Virus record (IMG/VR): IMGVR_UViG_3300027742_000001
Span: 27,914-91,913 of that record
Strand: one strand, 5' to 3'
Origin: a virus
Length of the DNA: 64,000 nt
A program made the translations under genes and the position numbers. A model generated the notes under the pieces. The model was not told the origin of the DNA. It did not search any database and was given only the letters and a program-made list of their open reading frames with translations. Positions 59,187 to 64,000 of the stretch are shown here, piece by piece (position 1 is the first letter of the stretch; every line of letters starts with the position of its first letter).

Positions 59187-59421
59187 GGTCTTTTTAGTCC
59201 TTTTTTAATTTTTTATTCTAGTGAGTTTTAAAAAGAGGGGGCTTTTTGGGTGAGGTTAGTGGGGTATTCTTTTTTGAGTATCCTTTGTGAGAAGGTTTCA
59301 AATGGGTTTGTTAAACGTGGTTTGTTTGATAATTGTGTAGGGGGTTGTTTGATTGGTGTATTTCTTAAAGTTAGCTTAAATAGGTATTTGGGTTTAATAG
59401 TTATATTTGGGTCGGTACAGA

Positions 59422-59536
59422 TGATAACAATTATCAATATCCGTGTATCCTCCCCCTATGATAACAAAACTAATTATCAAAACCAATAAAACAAAACTTA
59501 TTATTAACCAATTTAATAAACGATACTTATTATCAA
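59422..59536. promoter_or_regulatory. cluster of Fur-box-like operators
   Basis: TGATAACAATTATCA (59422-59436), TGATAACAAAACTAATTATCA (59459-59479), CGATACTTATTATCA (59521-59535). Confidence 0.6.
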
Positions 59537-59620
59537 TACTAATTAAACAATCTATCATAACATAATCATACAGTACATCTAAAAAATATTATAATTTAAG
59601 CTTTATTTTATTAAAAAGCC

Positions 59621-59649
59621 TTGCAATTTTATCTAAAAGAGAGTATAAT
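59621..59649 (+). promoter_or_regulatory. canonical strong sigma70 promoter
   Basis: TTGCAA-17 bp-TATAAT. Confidence 0.8.
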
Positions 59650-59678
59650 AAATAAAAAACAAAAAAGGAAAAAACAAA

Positions 59679-59969
59679 ATGAAAAGTTATCTACTAAGAA
59701 AAAATGATTTATATATCAAAACTGAATTGAAATATGGAGATATAGGATTTATAATAAATATAGAAAAAGTAAATTTAAGTGATGTTAAATTAAGTAAGTA
59801 TCAATTAAACAAGCTTAGTAATAAAGATTATTTTATATCTTTAAATAAAGTAAGTACAATATTATTAAATAAAGAAAATGTACTAAGTGAAATTATTTAT
59901 AATAATTCAAAAGATAAAAAAGAATCAATAGAAAATTTTAAAAAAGATAATAAAATCTTATTTATTTAA
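59679..59969 (+). CDS. hypothetical early protein
   Basis: Follows the strong promoter; AAGGA RBS. Confidence 0.65.
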   Translation: MKSYLLRKNDLYIKTELKYGDIGFIINIEKVNLSDVKLSKYQLNKLSNKDYFISLNKVSTILLNKENVLSEIIYNNSKDKKESIENFKKDNKILFI

Positions 59970-60017
59970 GTTAACTTTAGATATAATTAACAAACAAAAA
60001 CATTAAAAGGAAACAAA

Positions 60018-60623
60018 ATGAAAATAGAATTAACATACAGCGAAACAAAAGAGCTTTTAAACAATGGAGTATCTAAAGAAGATATTAATTACTTTACTAA
60101 TGGAACTAAATTCAGCACAGATGCGATGGATGACTTTATAGAGTTAATTAAAAATAGAATTGATAACGATAATTTTACAAATGTTACTGAGATGATTAAC
60201 ACTTTAAACGATATCTCTATTGATGACTTCTTTGAGTTAACTTCAGATGGTTTTGCCGAATCAATTAATAATGTAGATGATATTATAGTATTATCTGATT
60301 ATATAGACACTATAAGAGATAATATCCAAAAAGAGTTTGGAGGTATTTATAATGATTATACATTTCAGCCTTCAGAAGATGGAGGGATATATACAGAGAG
60401 TAACATTTTAAAAGAGTTTGATTTTGGTTTACTAACAGATTTTATTAATTGTACAGCAGTAATAGAAATTAGAATAGACTTAAGACCTTCTTGTTATTCA
60501 TATGTAGGACTTCATGTTATTAACGATAATAACAAACAAAGTATGTTAGGAGAATATAACTATCTACATTTTGAAGTTTTAAGTGATGGTAGTTTAGACA
60601 CTCCAACTTTAGAAAGTATGTAA
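60018..60623 (+). CDS. acidic hypothetical early protein
   Basis: Own promoter (tttaagttaactttagatataat) and RBS. Confidence 0.75.
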   Translation: MKIELTYSETKELLNNGVSKEDINYFTNGTKFSTDAMDDFIELIKNRIDNDNFTNVTEMINTLNDISIDDFFELTSDGFAESINNVDDIIVLSDYIDTIRDNIQKEFGGIYNDYTFQPSEDGGIYTESNILKEFDFGLLTDFINCTAVIEIRIDLRPSCYSYVGLHVINDNNKQSMLGEYNYLHFEVLSDGSLDTPTLESM

Positions 60624-60711
60624 GAAACAAACATGAAAAGAAAAGTTTTAAAAACAATAGCTAAATTAGATTTATTAGTTATAAAATATGGTAAAAAGTT
60701 TTTATAAAACA

Positions 60712-61087
60712 AATTAAACAAAAACAAATAAAAAGGATAAAACAAAATGGAAGATTTATTTAGTATAACAGGATATGAGGAAATCAATCATATAAAGTTA
60801 AACGATGAAATATTTGATAATGGATTATATGAGTATAGAATTGAAAATAGAGTTGACTTTATTGATACTTTAATAGATTGGATTAGCGAGGCTACACAAT
60901 GCAAAGAAATTATGAAGGAAGATTTAAAGTACCTTATATGTCTGGAGGATGAGTTTATTTTTTCTTCAATTAGTACAAATGAGTATATTGCAAAAAGTGA
61001 GGACTTAGAACAATTTAATGGTATATGTAAAGAGTTGTTAGAATTAAACAAAAACAAATAAAAGGATAAAACAAAATGGAAGATTTA
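60712..61087 (+). repeat. 46-47-bp direct repeat of a translation-initiation region
   Basis: aattaaacaaaaacaaataaa(a)aggataaaacaaaatggaagattta at 60712-60758 and 61042-61087. Confidence 0.85.
60747..61061 (+). CDS. hypothetical early protein
   Basis: RBS; acidic ORF. Confidence 0.75.
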   Translation: MEDLFSITGYEEINHIKLNDEIFDNGLYEYRIENRVDFIDTLIDWISEATQCKEIMKEDLKYLICLEDEFIFSSISTNEYIAKSEDLEQFNGICKELLELNKNK

Positions 61088-61252
61088 ACAAAAGAACAAA
61101 TTTGGAATTACATAGTTGAGTATAACATCGCAACAGAAGAGGAATTACAGTTAATAACACAAATAAATGGTTATAATGAAAATAGTTTAAATGATGTTAT
61201 TTATGCTAGAACAGGTTATAATGATATTGCACAATTAATGGAGGAAAATTAA
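61076..61252 (+). CDS. small conserved phage early protein (58 aa, not in the ORF track)
   Basis: IATEEELQLIT.INGY...LNDVIYARTGY. Confidence 0.75.
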   Translation: MEDLTKEQIWNYIVEYNIATEEELQLITQINGYNENSLNDVIYARTGYNDIAQLMEEN

Positions 61253-61254
61253 TC

Positions 61255-61365
61255 ATGAAAAAAATTAAAGAAAGTAATTATCAAAGAGAGCTTAGAAAGA
61301 AAGCTTTAAAAAAAGAAGTTAAAGAAAAAAGATTAAAAGTAAGATTAAAATATAAAGGATATTAA
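61255..61365 (+). CDS. small basic peptide (36 aa)
   Basis: GGAGG RBS; K/R-rich ORF. Confidence 0.45.
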   Translation: MKKIKESNYQRELRKKALKKEVKEKRLKVRLKYKGY

Positions 61366-61366
61366 A

Positions 61367-61636
61367 ATGGATACTAAAGTATTATTAATTAAAAAAGGGC
61401 ATATTAACTCAACAGGTGCAACACTGCCTATGATTGAGGATAATTTAAAAACAACTTTTAAAAGCCTTGATTATATGGAGGGTTTTTTAGATGGGTATTT
61501 ATTCGATAATTATTCTTTATTGTCCTTAAGTGAATATGAAAAAAATATAAATAATTTCAATAATGAAGATTTAAGAAATAAGTATTATATTAAATTTGTT
61601 TATATCGAGGTTATTTATAATTATGATGGAGACTAA
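61367..61636 (+). CDS. hypothetical protein
   Basis: RBS; followed by hairpin ggaata...tattcc. Confidence 0.65.
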   Translation: MDTKVLLIKKGHINSTGATLPMIEDNLKTTFKSLDYMEGFLDGYLFDNYSLLSLSEYEKNINNFNNEDLRNKYYIKFVYIEVIYNYDGD

Positions 61637-61736
61637 ATATCTAAGTATCTTTATAGGGAATATTTTTATAAGTATTCCTTGTTAAGGATATATTCCTTAA
61701 ACAATTTAAACAAACAACAATTTAAAAGGGTAAAAC

Positions 61737-62240
61737 ATGAAAAGAGAAACTATAACAACAGTAAATTTTGGGGGCTTTTATGAATCAAGTCATAGCTATA
61801 ATATAGATAATTATATTGAAGATAGAAATTTAGAGTTAAGTGATACAGAATATAAAGCCTTAGAGATAGAGTACTGTAAAGAGTACATTAATAAACTTAA
61901 TTATTATATTGATACTAATTTACAATTTAAAAAACTTAATAGTCCATCTTATTATAATTTTAGTACAGATGTAATAGATGTAATTGTTTCAAATAAAGAT
62001 TTATTAGCAATAAGCAAATATATTGAAGAATTTATCACTAAAGAATATAAAAAAGAAATGTTAAGAGATATTATCAAAGAATATACAACTCAAAGGGACG
62101 GATATATTCCTTATTACTCTTATAAAGATTTTTTCAAAAAAGATAATAAAGCTTTGTTGTTTGAGTGTTATTTAGATTTATTGTTAAAAGAGACAGATAT
62201 CGAAGATAATATCTTGTATGATATTGATTTAAATTACTAA
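61737..62240 (+). CDS. conserved phage early protein
   Basis: FGGFYES...LNSPSYYNFSTDVI...RDGYIPYYS pattern. Confidence 0.75.
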   Translation: MKRETITTVNFGGFYESSHSYNIDNYIEDRNLELSDTEYKALEIEYCKEYINKLNYYIDTNLQFKKLNSPSYYNFSTDVIDVIVSNKDLLAISKYIEEFITKEYKKEMLRDIIKEYTTQRDGYIPYYSYKDFFKKDNKALLFECYLDLLLKETDIEDNILYDIDLNY

Positions 62241-62262
62241 AATTAAAAATAAAGGAAATAAA

Positions 62263-62472
62263 ATGGAAAAATTAACAGATAATAGAATTAATGAAATTTT
62301 AGATAGTATGAGTAAAGAAGAGTTATTGATTTTAATAGAATACTTTGAGTATTATCCAGCAGTAACAATTGAGGATGATAAATATTATATTATAGCTTAT
62401 TTAAATGATGAAGCATGTTCTATATCTAAATATGAGTTAAGTAAATATTTAACAAATAAAGAAAAAGATTAA
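62263..62472 (+). CDS. hypothetical protein
   Basis: RBS plus ORF. Confidence 0.65.
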   Translation: MEKLTDNRINEILDSMSKEELLILIEYFEYYPAVTIEDDKYYIIAYLNDEACSISKYELSKYLTNKEKD

Positions 62473-62823
62473 AAGGCTTAAGATGAAAATAACAAAAAGA
62501 AACATTAAAGAGATGAACAAAAGAGTATCTTATATTAAAACTATTGATATAAAGAGTTTAAGAAGTGGTTCTATTAGAGTTAATAAAAGTAATACATTAA
62601 CAAATAAAACATTAAATAAAACAATTTAAAGGGGTAAATTATGAAAAAATACTTAAAATATAAAGTTTGGGATAAAAATTATCATAGACCATATTATAGA
62701 TACAATAATAAAATATTTCATAACTGGATAGATTTGCATAATTTTATCAATAATAAAGTAAAATAAAAACAATAAAAACAAATACTTAAAAATCATACTG
62801 TTAAAAATCTCTTTTAAAGGGTG

Positions 62824-62929
62824 CCAAAAATAAAGGCTATTACAAAAAGTTAAATAATAAATATTGTACAAATTAATTGTATAAGATAATTTTATTTAAT
62901 GATTTATTTGTAATAGCCTTTATTTTTGG
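62824..62929. repeat. long inverted repeat (23-bp perfect arms)
   Basis: ccaaaaataaaggctattacaaa ... tttgtaatagcctttatttttgg with a 60-nt AT-rich spacer. Confidence 0.85.
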
Positions 62930-63515
62930 TTAATTTTTATTTGAGTTCTAAAGAGTTCTAAGAGTAGTAAATATATTAAAGAGTTATTTATTAAGCAATA
63001 TATTAAAAGGCTATTTATAGCTAATTATTGCTTAATAATGTACTTATATTTTATTTGTACATATAAAGGGTATAAAAGAGTTAAATAAGATATTTATATA
63101 CATATAGAGTGTATAGACTATATTTACAGTATATATTGCTTACAAAGGCTTTTATATACTAAATTTTATTAAAAGGATATGGAGCATGGAATTTATCAAA
63201 GATAACTTAATAGAGTTTATACAGTTAGTTATGTATATAGGAACTATTATTTTAATACTTGTTTTGTTATTGAATAGTAATAAGGATTAAGTAACTAAAT
63301 AATATATCTATACTAAGCTTATAAGGGCTTTTAACTGTAAAGGTATATAAACATAGCTTAAGAGGTTATTTTGCTTATATTTGCTTAGTATAGGCTTTTA
63401 AAAGGGTATTGTAATAAGATAGCTTAGTTAAATAGTTATAAATAAAATATAAAGGATAGAATATTTGTGAAAAGATTTTTAAGAAGTTCAAAAAAAGAAA
63501 AATATTATATAAAAT

Positions 63516-63563
63516 GATAATGATAATTAGTCTCAAAAAGAAATGATAATGATAATAATTCTC
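63516..63563. promoter_or_regulatory. tandem Fur boxes
   Basis: GATAATGATAATTAGTCTC (16/19) and GATAATGATAATAATTCTC (17/19) against the consensus GATAATGATAATCATTATC. Confidence 0.7.
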
Positions 63564-63759
63564 AATAATATATAGAGAAAATATATAAAACATAGTAAAT
63601 TACACAATTTGGGGAGATTTGGGAACTTTTTTGAAAAATCAGAAATCCGTTTTCAGAAATATTTTATTTAGAGATAAGTTTCAAAAAGATTTTTAGTTAA
63701 GAAAGTTTTAAGAAAAAGTATAATATAATAAATTTACAAAACAATTCAAGGAGGAAAGC

Positions 63760-64000
63760 ATGAAAGAGAACATTACAAAAGGAAAAGGTACAATAAAGTT
63801 TAAATTAAAACATTGGGAAGGGGTAACATTATTCAAGGTTATTGAACAAACAGGTTTTGAGAGAGGTTGTGGAGAGATTTTTAAAGGTAGTAATGGTTGG
63901 GGTATTATAAGTAAGGATGCTACTGAAATTTATGAATCTAGGGATAGGGTATATATTCAAGGTTTAAACCCTATATACGATAATTCTACTGCTTCAGTAG
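63760..64000 (+). CDS. hypothetical protein (5' part, runs off the window)
   Basis: Promoter ttaagaaagttttaag...tataat and AAGGAGG RBS; frame open to the window end. Confidence 0.7.
   Translation, partial: MKENITKGKGTIKFKLKHWEGVTLFKVIEQTGFERGCGEIFKGSNGWGIISKDATEIYESRDRVYIQGLNPIYDNSTASV

Noticed and set aside
59236-59275. Possible G-quadruplex (G5, G3, G2, G4 runs)
   Set aside because: Only three runs of at least 3 G lie close together; too weak to call.
59228-59489. ORFs on both strands in the G/T-rich tract
   Set aside because: No RBS, atypical codon use and low-complexity composition; more likely non-coding terminal sequence.
63511-63566. 29-bp-spaced repeat considered as a CRISPR array or iteron set
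   Set aside because: Only two copies with no spacers and no cas genes; better explained as Fur boxes.
62653-63593. Minus-strand hydrophobic ORFs at 62653-62871 and 63375-63593
   Set aside because: Products of extremely AT-rich sequence without an RBS; they overlap the inverted repeat and the Fur boxes.
1-64000. tRNA genes, integrase/repressor, introns or inteins, stop-codon recoding
   Set aside because: No cloverleaf or T-loop motifs noticed; no lysogeny genes; TerL, NrdA, NrdB and MCP are uninterrupted; genes end normally in TAA, TAG and TGA under code 11.

Overview
A 64-kb slice of an AT-rich, lytic-looking tailed dsDNA phage (siphovirus-type morphogenesis genes, T5-like organisation). 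The host is most likely a Gram-negative Campylobacterota (Arcobacter/Sulfurimonas-like), inferred from periodic TTAAG...TATAAT promoters, spanins and the style of the receiver protein. Layout: (1) 1-10.4 kb, + strand: Rad50/SbcC-like ATPase, metallophosphoesterase and many small ORFs. (2) 10.5-41.2 kb, - strand late operon: TerS, TerL, portal, protease-scaffold, MCP, head-tail, tail tube, G/GT chaperone with -1 frameshift, tape measure, lambda M/L/K/I-J-like tail tip, fiber and lysis cassette, interrupted by three free-standing homing endonucleases. (3) 41.6-59.2 kb, + strand: minimal family-A-polymerase-like protein, possible sigma-like protein, ThyX, ClpP-like protease, NrdAB, probable SSB, MazG-like protein, Endo VII, PIN-PhoH and small ORFs. 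(4) 59.4-63.6 kb: a probable pre-early/terminal-repeat island. Best candidates for new biology: an intact stand-alone phosphorylatable response-regulator receiver inside the lysis cassette, directly upstream of a protein with T4-T-holin-like topology, a holin and an exported thermonuclease; and strong Fur boxes at both edges of the putative pre-early island. No tRNA, rRNA, CRISPR array or integrase was seen. All calls come from motif recognition by eye; no database searches were run.
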